Positions 54,300 to 63,694 of a stretch of 64,000 nt of DNA are shown one piece after another. The DNA lies in assembly GCA_043812955.1 (NCBI GenBank), contig JBDRLN010000012.1, forward strand, positions 12,749 through 76,748, given 5' to 3'. Position numbers and translations under genes: made by a program. The DNA is from Candidatus Omnitrophota bacterium (GTDB taxonomy: Bacteria > Omnitrophota > Gorgyraeia > Gygaellales > Profunditerraquicolaceae). Position 1 is the first letter of the stretch. Each line of letters opens with the position of its first letter. The notes beneath the pieces are model-generated. The model was not told the origin of the DNA, did not search any database, and worked only from the letters and a program-made list of their open reading frames with translations.

Positions 54300-54400
54300 T
54301 TTGAAGTGATTACGAAGAAATTAGTACCGGAAGGAAGTAATGCCTATTTTTTGGGCGAAGCGGATGAGTTTAGTCGCGGCATTAGCCTGCAGCTTCCGCC
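54300..54400 (-). pseudogene. remnant of the C-terminus of a FixJ/LuxR-type response regulator gene
   Basis: Minus strand encodes ...NAATKLIRFAQKIGITSFRY* against the C-terminus of 44517..45137 (KTVTELIRFAEKCGITSS*). Downstream non-coding sequence is also conserved. Confidence 0.5.
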
Positions 54401-54524
54401 TTTTTATGCATATTTTGAGAAAGATACTTTCTTATATTTATGAAATATCTTAACCAAAAAATGTGAAGTGTTTGATGTTTTTATGCCTATTTTCGAAAAC
54501 CCTCAAAAAAGGCTTTTGTCGTAA

Positions 54525-55577
54525 CTATATGCCACACTTGAAGATATATTCGCACAAATCAACTACCCGGTTAGAATAACCCCATTCATTGTCATACCAA
54601 GCGAGGACTTTCACAAAATCATCCTGGATAACCTTGGTATTCGCGGCATCTAAGATAGAACTTAACGGATAATGGTTAAAATCAATTGAAACCAAAGGCT
54701 CTGTGCAAACCTCTAGGATTCCCTTCATCTTTCCGGCTGCGGCTTCTTTCATTGCCGCATTGATCTCTTCAGCGCTAACCTTTTTGCCTAAAAGACAGGT
54801 CAAGTCAACTACCGAAACATTTGGCGTAGGAACCCGGATAGCAAAACCATCTAGCTTACCTTTAAGTTCAGGTATAACTAACGATATCGCCTTAGCCGCT
54901 CCGGTAGAAGTCGGGATCATTGAAATGGCTGCAGCCCGGGCCCGACGGGGATCAGAATGGGCCATATCGTGTATTCTCTGGTCATTAGTATAAGAGTGGA
55001 TCGTAGTCATTAATCCCTTTTGGATGCCCCATTTATCCTGCAGCACCTTGGCTATTGGAGCCAGGCAATTAGTAGTACAAGAGGCATTAGATAAAACAAA
55101 ATGATTCTTGGGATCATATTTATCTTCATTAACTCCCATAACAATAGTGATATCTTCGCCTTCAGCCGGAGCCGAGATAACTACTTTTTTCGCCCCGCCT
55201 TTGGTTATATGATTTTCCGCCCCTTTTACCGTCTTGCCTTTTTTATTCACTCCGTCTTTCTTCACCGTAAATAACCCGGTTGACTCTATCACTATCTCAA
55301 CCCCCAGGTCCTTCCAGGGCAGCTCTGACGGATCAGTTTTGCTTAAAACCTTAATTATCTGACCATTTACCGAAATCTCATCAACGCCGGTAGCCTTAAC
55401 ATCGGCGTTAAGCCTGCCGTGCACGGAATCATATTTAAATAAATGGGCGTTGGTTTTAGCATCACAGAGATCATTAATCGCGACCAGCTCCAAATTTTTA
55501 GAATTTTTCTCAAGTATTGCCCGGGCTACCAGCCTGCCAATCCTTCCAAAACCATTAATACCTACTTTTACCGCCAT
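54525..55577 (-). CDS. gap: type I glyceraldehyde-3-phosphate dehydrogenase
   Basis: [12 protein letters not shown]; active site [10 protein letters not shown]; C-terminal WYDNEWGYS; 350 aa. Confidence 0.95.
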   Translation of the reverse strand: MAVKVGINGFGRIGRLVARAILEKNSKNLELVAINDLCDAKTNAHLFKYDSVHGRLNADVKATGVDEISVNGQIIKVLSKTDPSELPWKDLGVEIVIESTGLFTVKKDGVNKKGKTVKGAENHITKGGAKKVVISAPAEGEDITIVMGVNEDKYDPKNHFVLSNASCTTNCLAPIAKVLQDKWGIQKGLMTTIHSYTNDQRIHDMAHSDPRRARAAAISMIPTSTGAAKAISLVIPELKGKLDGFAIRVPTPNVSVVDLTCLLGKKVSAEEINAAMKEAAAGKMKGILEVCTEPLVSIDFNHYPLSSILDAANTKVIQDDFVKVLAWYDNEWGYSNRVVDLCEYIFKCGI

Positions 55578-55599
55578 TCTACTCCTCCTTAACCTATCT

Positions 55600-55632
55600 C
55601 CACCCCGTAGGTGGGCTCCACCTACGGGGTGG
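55600..55632 (-). promoter_or_regulatory. two 15-bp sites CCACCCCGTAGGTGG-GCT-CCACCTACGGGGTGG (perfect hairpin) 10 nt upstream of the gap Shine-Dalgarno sequence; putative operator
   Basis: Read directly; the same motif is found upstream of pgk (22291-22341) and of the DegT gene (63695-63727). Confidence 0.6.
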
Positions 55633-55648
55633 AATTATGGTTGATATA

Positions 55649-56653
55649 TTAACTAACTTTTTCCTCTCTTATGAATTTTGCCGCTAATTCCGGCGGAGTA
55701 GGCACCAGATAAAAACCAGTACCCCATTCAAATCCCGCAACTTTAGTTAACTTCGGCATAAACTCCAGATGCCAGTGATAACCTTCCATTTCGCCATCGC
55801 CGTTAATAGGCGCGCTGTGAATAATAAAATTATAAGCTATATTTCCGAAAATCTTTTTCACCCTGGAGATCAACTCCTTGACGATCTCTGCTAACGCCGG
55901 AATTTCCTCCATAGACATATGGCAGAAATATTTATTATGTGCCTTGGGGATAACCCAGACCTCAAAAGGAAAACGCGAAACAAAAGGGCAAAAAGCCAGA
56001 AAATATTTATTTTCTATGACTATCCTCTCCTTCTCCTGAACTTCCTGGCGGATAACATCGCAGAATATGCACCTATCCCGGTATTCAAAATATTTACGCG
56101 CCCCCATAATCTCTTCCTTGACATTCTTGGGCACCATTGGTAAAGCAATTAATTGAGTATGTGGATGCTCCAACGAAGCCCCGGCAGCCGGGCCGTAATT
56201 CTTAAACACCATCACATATTTAAAACGGCTGTCCCGAATCAGGTCCAAGGCCCGGACGCAGCACAACGAAAAGATATTCTCGACTTCATTATTTAATAAA
56301 TCCGGTATATCCTTATGGTGGTAGGGAGAATCGATGATAACTTCATGAGCGCCTACGCCATTAGACATATCGTAAATACCCAAGCCTCTTCGGTCCAAAT
56401 CTCCCTCGATCTGAAGCGCAGGATATTTATTCGAAACCACCCTGGTAAGCCATCCGGGGGTATCAGGGGAAGTTCCGGATTCGCGGATCGCGATTATTTC
56501 CGGAGGGGTCTGGGATTCATTGCCGTAGCAAAAAGGGCAAACCCCATCTCTCCAGGCCGGAGATTCAATATCATAATCTTTAGGCAGATTAGGATGGTCA
56601 GTATCCACTATTACCCACCTGCCGGCGATCGGATCTCTTCTTAATTCTGACAT
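55649..56653 (-). CDS. galactose-1-phosphate uridylyltransferase (GalT/HIT branch III) family nucleotidyltransferase with intact H-P-H motif
   Basis: Zn site CPFCYGNE; catalytic GASLEHPHTQLIALP; 334 aa. Confidence 0.7.
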   Translation of the reverse strand: MSELRRDPIAGRWVIVDTDHPNLPKDYDIESPAWRDGVCPFCYGNESQTPPEIIAIRESGTSPDTPGWLTRVVSNKYPALQIEGDLDRRGLGIYDMSNGVGAHEVIIDSPYHHKDIPDLLNNEVENIFSLCCVRALDLIRDSRFKYVMVFKNYGPAAGASLEHPHTQLIALPMVPKNVKEEIMGARKYFEYRDRCIFCDVIRQEVQEKERIVIENKYFLAFCPFVSRFPFEVWVIPKAHNKYFCHMSMEEIPALAEIVKELISRVKKIFGNIAYNFIIHSAPINGDGEMEGYHWHLEFMPKLTKVAGFEWGTGFYLVPTPPELAAKFIREEKVS

Positions 56654-56699
56654 TAACGAGCGCCTCTATTCATTATGTTACGAGTTAACCCAACACCTT

Positions 56700-56769
56700 C
56701 TTTATTATTCATAATTCTAAAACCATTCGTCTTAAAGCCATTTAATCTTCCAGAAGGTGCTGAGTAGAT
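56700..56769 (-). promoter_or_regulatory. Conserved ~85-nt structured intergenic element, copy 3 (between the two GalT-like genes); mini-ORF MNNKEGVGLTRNIMNRGAR whose TAA overlaps the downstream ATG
   Basis: GCACCTTCTGGAAGATTAAATGGCTTTAAGACGAATGGTTTTAGAATTATGAATAATAAAGAAGGTGTTGGG on the minus strand; compare copies 1 and 2. Confidence 0.55.
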
Positions 56770-57810
56770 CTATCCTCCCTTGGAGGATATCTCTACTTCT
56801 CTTAAAAATTTAGCCGAACTCTCCGGTGGCACCGGACAGATATAAAAACCCGTTCCCCATTCAAACCCGGCTACCCGGGTCAGGCGGGGAGTAATCTCTA
56901 TATGCCAATGATAATCTTCTTCAATACTCTTCCAGTATCCCATCTTTTTCCTACGGAACGGCGCTGTATGCACAATGTAATTATAGGGCGGGTCATTTAA
57001 ACCTGTTTTTATCTTCAATAAAACTTGTTTTAATATCCGGGCTAAATTTTTCCTCTCTTGATCATCTAACCGGACAAAATCGCAGCTATGTTTCTTGGGC
57101 AGAATCCAGACTTCAAAAGGAAACCGAGAAGCAAAAGGAACTACGGCAATAAAACCGTCGATCTCCAGGATCAACCGGTCTTTTGACTCTAATTCCTGCT
57201 TGACTAAATCACAGAAAACGCACCTTTCATGATGGTCATAATATTCTTTTGCGCCCACTAATTCTTCTTTTACCCGTTTGGGATTAATCGGGGTAGCAAT
57301 TAACTGGGTCCGGGAATGCCTGACCTTTCCTCCGCCGGCAGACCAGCCATAGTTCTTAAATACTAAAACATACTTAAAGCGTTCGTCTTTTTCCAGGTCA
57401 ACGATCCGGTCGATATAACAGGCAATAACCCGTTTGATCTGTTCTTCAGGCAGATCGCAGATATTAGCCATATGTTGGTTGGTTTCAACGACTATCTCAT
57501 GGGCGCCGACACCGTTCATCAAGTCGTATAAACCCTTGCCGGTCCGGTCAAGTTCTCCCTCAATCCTCAAAAATGGGGTAAGACTAGGCACAACCCGCAA
57601 TTCCCATCCCGGGGTATTAGAAGGAGTATGGGTTGGCCTTATCGAATATATTTCATTGGGAGTTTCCAATTCCTTGCCCGGACAAAAAGGGCAGGGTTTT
57701 TCAACAGGCCCTTCCTGGGCAAAGTTAGTTAACTGATCCGGCCTTTTAGCCCGTTCAGTAGCAATAATTACCCAGCGTCCGATAATAGGATCTTTTCTTA
57801 ATTCCGGCAT
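56770..57810 (-). CDS. GalT-family paralog with the catalytic H-P-H replaced by H-S-R (probably non-catalytic or altered function)
   Basis: Zn site CPFCPGKE conserved, but the active-site region reads GGGKVRHSRTQLIATP; 346 aa. ~40% identity to the upstream paralog. Confidence 0.65.
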   Translation of the reverse strand: MPELRKDPIIGRWVIIATERAKRPDQLTNFAQEGPVEKPCPFCPGKELETPNEIYSIRPTHTPSNTPGWELRVVPSLTPFLRIEGELDRTGKGLYDLMNGVGAHEIVVETNQHMANICDLPEEQIKRVIACYIDRIVDLEKDERFKYVLVFKNYGWSAGGGKVRHSRTQLIATPINPKRVKEELVGAKEYYDHHERCVFCDLVKQELESKDRLILEIDGFIAVVPFASRFPFEVWILPKKHSCDFVRLDDQERKNLARILKQVLLKIKTGLNDPPYNYIVHTAPFRRKKMGYWKSIEEDYHWHIEITPRLTRVAGFEWGTGFYICPVPPESSAKFLREVEISSKGG

Positions 57811-57951
57811 CTATCTCTTTCAATTCGGGGACGGTTCTGAAATCAAAGCTAAAGTGTCCCTTTTTCGGGGACAGTTTAAGATCAGTTTCAGAACCGTCCC
57901 TGCTTTTATAATTTAACTTTAAGATTATAACACAAGTTCAAACCCGCGCAA

Positions 57952-58887
57952 CTATTTTTTACCTAGAATATCACCTATAGAGGGTTTATATCCGATAAGG
58001 AATTCTTGGGCACTCATCCTGCGCTTACCTTCTATTTGCAATTCCTTAACTAATAAAATACCTTTGCCGGTGCCTAGGCTTAAACCTTTACTAGAAACAT
58101 TAACCAACTCTCCGGGCGTATGTTTATTTAATGTCCTTATAACCTGGGCCTGAAAAACTTTCAGTATTTTACCTTTATAATAAGTAAACGCCCCGGGCCA
58201 TTCCAGGCAGCCCCGGATTAAATTATAAATATCCTGGGCCGGCTTCCCCCAATCAATCAATCCATCGCTTTTTTTTAAACGCGGGGCAAAAGTGACTTTA
58301 GATTCATTTTGGGCTAACAAATTATATATCCCGCTGGCAATAGCATCTATTGAAATTAATAAAAGAGCGACTCCCATATGAGATAACCTCTCCTCCAAAG
58401 AAATCACTGTTTCGTTATCAGCTATCTTGGTCTCTTCCTGAAAGAGTATCGGTCCGGCATCCATCTTCTTAACCATTTTAATAATACTGTTACCGGTTTT
58501 TTTCTCTGCGTTAATAATAGCCCAATTAATCGGAGCTGCCCCTCTATATTTAGGCAATATAGAGGCATGGAGATTAATCGGCAAAATCCTGGGTATATTT
58601 AAAATCTCCTCCGCAAGAAACTGGCCATAGGCAATAACTACAAATAAATCCGGATTGAGGTTTTTAAGCAGTTTGATTGTTTCAGGAGTGTTGATCTCAG
58701 ACGGCTGATAAATTTTGAGTTTTGAACTGATAGCAATTTTTTTAATCGGAGTAGGGGCCAGCCGCATTCCCCGGCCCTGCTTTTTATCCGGCTGGGTTAT
58801 AACGCAGGAGATTTCATGCCCGGCTCTTAATAAAGCCTCAAGCGCTGGCACTGCAAATTGTGAGCTTCCAAAAAATACTATTCTCAT
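57952..58887 (-). CDS. fmt: methionyl-tRNA formyltransferase
   Basis: MRIVFFGSSQFAVP, HASILPKYRGAAPINWAI (formyltransferase SLLP-type motif) and Fmt C-terminal domain; 311 aa. Confidence 0.9.
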   Translation of the reverse strand: MRIVFFGSSQFAVPALEALLRAGHEISCVITQPDKKQGRGMRLAPTPIKKIAISSKLKIYQPSEINTPETIKLLKNLNPDLFVVIAYGQFLAEEILNIPRILPINLHASILPKYRGAAPINWAIINAEKKTGNSIIKMVKKMDAGPILFQEETKIADNETVISLEERLSHMGVALLLISIDAIASGIYNLLAQNESKVTFAPRLKKSDGLIDWGKPAQDIYNLIRGCLEWPGAFTYYKGKILKVFQAQVIRTLNKHTPGELVNVSSKGLSLGTGKGILLVKELQIEGKRRMSAQEFLIGYKPSIGDILGKK

Positions 58888-58900
58888 AATTCAGTATATA

Positions 58901-59037
58901 GTAGGTAGTAGATAGTAGTTAGTATATAGGGTTTCCCCTATTACCTACCTACTCCATACTACCTACTGATTTAGTAAATAATAGTTATTATATAGGGTTT
59001 TCCCTGATACCTACCTGCTATCTACTACCTGCTGTAT
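58901..59037. repeat. intergenic block of GGTAGTAG / CCTACCTAC short repeats with a ~30-bp direct repeat (TATATAGGGTTTCCCCTATTACCTACCT x2)
   Basis: Read directly; same CCTACCT-type motif family as 5190-5234 and 17711-17745. Confidence 0.6.
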
Positions 59038-60888
59038 TTAAACTGGATCTATATCTACCGTAACTATTATACCCGAATGTTTAAAACCTTTTAAGTTTAT
59101 TTTTAAAAACTTAACTATTCCCTTAGGGTCATCCGAACTTAAAAGCACCTGCCAATAATAATTCCCTCTGAGTTTAGGATGGACTCCGGGACTGACCGAT
59201 ATTACCTTGGTCCCCTTTTTATTTTTAATTCTATTTAATTTATCGAATAAAATATGGGCGGATTCTTTTACCTTATTTTCTTTTTTACCTCTCAGCCTTA
59301 CCGCCCCCAGATGTTTGTAGGGCGCAAGCCCGAGAGGCTTTCTTTGTTTTAACTCTTCAGCATAAAAAATATCCGGATTACCGGTTTCAATAGCTTTGAA
59401 AACATGATGGGTTGGGTACCCGGTTTGGATTATTATCAATTTATCGGTTAATTCGCTTAAACCCGCCAGAATAGAAAATGTCTTTTCTGAGCTCCGGAAA
59501 TCAAAATGATTCAGGGAATTATCTATAGCTAATACCCCGACTAGATCAAACTTAAAAGCAGTATGCCTGATGATATCCTGGGTGGAGATAAAAATATCTG
59601 CTGATTGAATATCAATATCATTGCCGGCCTCCACTAACTTTATCCTGGCCTGGGGGAATATCCGGGAGAGCTCGCTTTCTATTTTCTCTGTCCCGATACC
59701 ACAGTAACGTATATAGCCGGAATTGCACTCCGGACAGATCTTAGGAGGCGATTCCAGCTTAAAATTACAGTAGTTGCAACTTAATAGGTTTTCTTTAAAA
59801 TGGAATACCAGACTAATATTGCAACGCGGGCATTTTAAAGCCTTACCGCAATGACGGCAGGCGACAAAAGTAGCAAAACCTTTACGGTTTAAAAATATCA
59901 AAACTTTCCCCTGCCTAGCCAAGACTTCAAGTATAGAATCCTGCAAATAACGGGTTAATAGGATATCTCCCTTTTTACTAACCGCGGGAAAATCTTTAAT
60001 ATTCATTATTTTTACTTCCGGCATTCCGCCCCTACGGATAATAGGTTCATACTTTAATCTGCCCTGTCTGGAAAAATATATACTCTCTAACGAAGGAGTC
60101 GAACTACCCAAAACAACATCTGCTTTTTCAATTGCGCCGCGCATAAAAGCTACTTCCCGGGCATTATAATGGGGCGCCTGATCCTGTTTATATGCATAAT
60201 CCTGCTCTTTATCAATGATTATCAAGCCTAAATCCGGCGTGGGCGCGAAAACTGCTGACCGGGTACCCGTAATAACAGTCATCCCGCCTTTTTTTAGCTT
60301 AATCCATTCCCCCAGTTCATCCGGCTGTTTGCGATACATGACACCAACCGGCATATTTAATCTTGAACTGATAAGGTCCCTGGTTTTTAATACAGTTTCG
60401 ATATCCGGCAATATTACGATCACCGACTTATTTATTGCTAAAACATCCTTTATCCGCTCAATATATCTATCCCAACGCGCGCTATTATCCAGACCAAGGA
60501 TCAGGGTATTGCTAGGCTTACAATCAGCACTGGGATTTTTTCTATCAATAGATCCTGCTATAAGGGCTTTTTTCCCTTTGCGCAAACCATCAGGAATAGC
60601 AGTCTCAATCGCCTCTCCCCAGGAACAGGAATAATATTCGGACAATTCCTTGGAAAGCCTAAGCAAATTTTCATCCAGGACAGGATAATCGTCGATAATT
60701 TCCAGGATGGGTTTAATATTGCGGATATTGCTTTTTAAATTAACCCCCACTACATATCCGATCATCCGTTTAGGGCCGAAAGAAACCTTAACCCTTTTTC
60801 CGATCTTTATTTGCCCGGTTAATCCTTGGGGAACCAGATAATCAAACGGGCCATCCAGAGGCAGCCCAAATACTACTTTAGCATACAT
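59038..60888 (-). CDS. priA: primosomal protein N' (PriA) homolog with degenerate Walker A and B motifs
   Basis: N-terminal 3'-DNA-binding domain (VVFGLPLDGPFDYLVP...IGYVVGV) and Cys-rich zinc-binding region (CRHCGKALKCPRCN...CNYCNF...CPECNS) are present. The helicase motif I position reads ILGLDNSARW and motif II reads IIIDKEQDY instead of GxGKT and DEEH. Confidence 0.8.
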   Translation of the reverse strand: MYAKVVFGLPLDGPFDYLVPQGLTGQIKIGKRVKVSFGPKRMIGYVVGVNLKSNIRNIKPILEIIDDYPVLDENLLRLSKELSEYYSCSWGEAIETAIPDGLRKGKKALIAGSIDRKNPSADCKPSNTLILGLDNSARWDRYIERIKDVLAINKSVIVILPDIETVLKTRDLISSRLNMPVGVMYRKQPDELGEWIKLKKGGMTVITGTRSAVFAPTPDLGLIIIDKEQDYAYKQDQAPHYNAREVAFMRGAIEKADVVLGSSTPSLESIYFSRQGRLKYEPIIRRGGMPEVKIMNIKDFPAVSKKGDILLTRYLQDSILEVLARQGKVLIFLNRKGFATFVACRHCGKALKCPRCNISLVFHFKENLLSCNYCNFKLESPPKICPECNSGYIRYCGIGTEKIESELSRIFPQARIKLVEAGNDIDIQSADIFISTQDIIRHTAFKFDLVGVLAIDNSLNHFDFRSSEKTFSILAGLSELTDKLIIIQTGYPTHHVFKAIETGNPDIFYAEELKQRKPLGLAPYKHLGAVRLRGKKENKVKESAHILFDKLNRIKNKKGTKVISVSPGVHPKLRGNYYWQVLLSSDDPKGIVKFLKINLKGFKHSGIIVTVDIDPV

Positions 60889-61982
60889 AATTTACAAATC
60901 TCCTGCGCTGCATCAGGCTTCCTGATCTTTTGAATATTACCGCGCAAAAGATCAACCCTCTGGCGGTTATTTTTCAAATCCATAACTATATCCCGGATAT
61001 CCTCGAGTCTCCTGGCCTGCCAGGCGCATCCGCTCCTTACCAATACTTCGGAATTCCCGCTCTCCTGCCCGGGTATACCGTCAATAAATATCAAAGGAAT
61101 CTGCATTACCAGGCTTTCGGAAATACTTAAACCCCCGGGCTTAGTAATCAAAAGGCTGGCTTTAGACATCAACTCCGGCATCTGGTCAGTAAAACCCAGC
61201 AAAGTTACATTAGAATAGTTTTTCTTTTTTAACCGCTTAAACAAAAATTTATTTCTACCGCAGACTATAGTCATTTTAACTTCATTATGCAGCATATCCG
61301 CTATATCTTCCATCAGCATAAAGCCCAATGAGCCGGTAGCCAGCAGAACCCTGAATTCCCCTTCTGCCGCGCTATTTTCTTTACCCATATCTCTACCTAT
61401 ACCTATACCTATACCTCTACCTTTACCTAGATCGACAAATTGCTTATCTACCGGTATGCCTAAAACCTTGATCTTGGCCTCATCCACTCCCCGGCGCAAT
61501 AAATCCCGGACAGTATAATCACAGGCTACAACATAATTATCGCATTTAGAAGTTATCCAAATAGGATGGGCCCGGAAATCGGTAATTACAGTTACTAACC
61601 GCGACGAGATCTTATTCTTAAGTTTAAGGCACGAGGCTATAAAGGGGGGCAGAAAATGAGTGGATAAGATAACGTCCGGATTTTCCCGGATAAGATAATT
61701 TACAAACCTCTGGCTGTGTACCAGAGAAATAAATTGAAAAATACCGCGGACAAAAGTATAAGAGCTTAAATAATAAAGGGCCATCCAGATAAATTTCAGA
61801 TAGATGGCCAGGATACTATAACCCACGCTATAGAAATAAGTAAAGACCGGATTATTAAATTGTAATATATCCAAAACTTCAACTTTAACATCCGGATATT
61901 TATCCTTAAAGCCGGCTGACAAAGCAATGGCTGCGGCGCGATGGCCTCCGCCTGCCGAAGCATGGACGATTAGTATTTTCAT
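60873..61982 (-). CDS. MGDG-synthase-like / UgtP-type diacylglycerol glycosyltransferase (GT28) with an internal hexamer-repeat-encoded Gly/Ile linker
   Basis: N-terminal ILIVHASAGGGHRAAAIAL (MGDG_synth motif) and C-terminal GT28 domain (LITKPGGLSISESL). An internal GKGRGIGIGIGRDMGK segment is encoded by (GGTATA)n at 61385-61430. Confidence 0.75.
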   Translation of the reverse strand: MKILIVHASAGGGHRAAAIALSAGFKDKYPDVKVEVLDILQFNNPVFTYFYSVGYSILAIYLKFIWMALYYLSSYTFVRGIFQFISLVHSQRFVNYLIRENPDVILSTHFLPPFIASCLKLKNKISSRLVTVITDFRAHPIWITSKCDNYVVACDYTVRDLLRRGVDEAKIKVLGIPVDKQFVDLGKGRGIGIGIGRDMGKENSAAEGEFRVLLATGSLGFMLMEDIADMLHNEVKMTIVCGRNKFLFKRLKKKNYSNVTLLGFTDQMPELMSKASLLITKPGGLSISESLVMQIPLIFIDGIPGQESGNSEVLVRSGCAWQARRLEDIRDIVMDLKNNRQRVDLLRGNIQKIRKPDAAQEICKLCMLK

Positions 61983-62536
61983 TATTTTTTTAAAATTATA
62001 TCCGCGGCTTGAGATAGATCTTGCGCTGTAAAGTCAGGCTGGATATCCCAATTTTTTTGATTAGCTGACTTTTCTTTTCCGGAAAAAACCATGATCGTGC
62101 GGCAGCCGGAAATCTTGCCGGCCTGGATATCTCTTTGGGTATCACCGATAAAAAAAGAATGTTTAAGCGAACTCCTCGGGATCTTATGTTCTAAAAGGGC
62201 TTTTTCAATTAATCCGGTCTTGGGCTTGCGGCAGGCGCAATTATCTTCTTCGCGGTGGATACAATAATAAACTCCCTGGATCCCGGTTTTTTCTTTGGCT
62301 AATTTATTGAGCATATTCCGGGTTATTTCATCCAGGGTTTTTTTTGAATATATCCCCTTACTCACTCCGGCCTGATTGGATATTACAAACAGCTTATAAC
62401 CGGCCTGCCTTAGGCGGCGCAGGGCTAATTTAGCTCCCCTGATAAACCGGAAACCCTTTACAGAGGTAACATAATTCCTGTCTCCGGGATATTTATTAAT
62501 TACCCCATCTCGGTCCAGAAATATCACTCTCTTCAT
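61982..62536 (-). CDS. gmhB: HAD-IIIA phosphatase, D,D-heptose 1,7-bisphosphate phosphatase (GmhB)-like
   Basis: VIFLDRDGVIN (DxDGT/V motif), ISNQAG, CxC zinc-loop REEDNCACRKP, GDTQRD; 184 aa. Confidence 0.75.
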   Translation of the reverse strand: MKRVIFLDRDGVINKYPGDRNYVTSVKGFRFIRGAKLALRRLRQAGYKLFVISNQAGVSKGIYSKKTLDEITRNMLNKLAKEKTGIQGVYYCIHREEDNCACRKPKTGLIEKALLEHKIPRSSLKHSFFIGDTQRDIQAGKISGCRTIMVFSGKEKSANQKNWDIQPDFTAQDLSQAADIILKK

Positions 62537-63672
62537 CTTCCAAAAAACTCCTTTACCGAGCCCACTATATAATCCAGCTGCCCTTGAGTTAAATCCGGAT
62601 AAACCGGTATAGACAAAACTTCTTCTGCGGCTTTCTCCGACTCCGGAAAATCGCCTATGCGGTATCCTAAATACTTAAAACACTCCTGTAGATGCAAGGG
62701 GACCGGATAATAAACCCGGGCATCAATATCCTTACTGTTTAGATGATTCATAAGCTCAGCGCTGGAAACGTCTAAACGCAGGGTATACTGATGGTAGATA
62801 TGAGTATTTCTCTCAGGCACAAAGGGAATTTTAACCATCAATGATTTAAAGTAGTGGTTGTAATAATCTGCGTTGGCCCGCCTTCTCTTATTCCAATCGT
62901 CCAGATATTTTAATTTTACCTTTAATATTGCCGCCTGGATTGTGTCTAAACGGTTATTGAAGCCTAAAACTAAATGATGATACTTATCCTTGTTGCCCTG
63001 GTTTCTTAAAATCTTCAATTTCGACTCTATATCCGGGTTATCGGTTAAAACCATGCCGGCATCGCCGAAACCGCCTAAATTTTTACCCGGAAAAAAACTT
63101 ACTGTCCCGCAATCGCCTATGGTTCCGGATTTTTTACCAAAGCCTGTCTGTCTGGCAGGCGTGTATTCCGCTCCGAATGCCTGAGCATTATCCTCAATCA
63201 CTTTTAAATTATTTTTTTTAGCGATATCTAAAACCCCATCCATATCCGCACACTGGCCGTAAAGATGCACCGGAATAATGGCTTTTATTTTTACTTTCGG
63301 ATTTTTTAGCGCATTTATAATACCCCCTAAAGAAATATTGTAAGTCATTGGATCAATATCCGCGAAAACCGGAACTGCCCCTATTGCGGCAATTGCTCCG
63401 GCAGTGGCAAAATAAGTAAAAGTCGGGCAGATCACCCCGTCTCCGGGCTTGATCCCCAGAGCTACCAGGGCTAATTTTATGGCGTCAGTGCCGTTGGAAA
63501 CGCCGACCGCGCACCTAACTTTGCAATACATTTTAACATCATTCTCGAATTCATCTACTTCCTTGCCTAAAACAAAACTGGTATTATCAATTACATTTTT
63601 GATCGCAGCGTCAATCTCCTGCCTAATGGGAGCAATCTGTTTTTTAAGGTCCAACACTGGTATCTTTTCCAC
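62533..63672 (-). CDS. DegT/DnrJ/EryC1/StrS-family sugar aminotransferase (GTG start)
   Basis: Fold-I PLP enzyme with the family's characteristic spacing: conserved Lys region FSFFPGKNLG and N-terminal VLDLKKQ; 379 aa. Confidence 0.85.
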   Translation of the reverse strand: MEKIPVLDLKKQIAPIRQEIDAAIKNVIDNTSFVLGKEVDEFENDVKMYCKVRCAVGVSNGTDAIKLALVALGIKPGDGVICPTFTYFATAGAIAAIGAVPVFADIDPMTYNISLGGIINALKNPKVKIKAIIPVHLYGQCADMDGVLDIAKKNNLKVIEDNAQAFGAEYTPARQTGFGKKSGTIGDCGTVSFFPGKNLGGFGDAGMVLTDNPDIESKLKILRNQGNKDKYHHLVLGFNNRLDTIQAAILKVKLKYLDDWNKRRRANADYYNHYFKSLMVKIPFVPERNTHIYHQYTLRLDVSSAELMNHLNSKDIDARVYYPVPLHLQECFKYLGYRIGDFPESEKAAEEVLSIPVYPDLTQGQLDYIVGSVKEFFGR

Positions 63673-63694
63673 TCTTAATCCTTTCTACCTTCCT

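Noticed and set aside
54243-54443. Small plus-strand ORF and the apparently conserved peptides MPHFSAKRMSSV.. (44530) and MPIFWAKRMSLV.. (54340)
   Set aside because: The conservation is explained by the opposite strand encoding the conserved C-terminus of the LuxR-type regulator and its decayed duplicate. It is not an independent gene.
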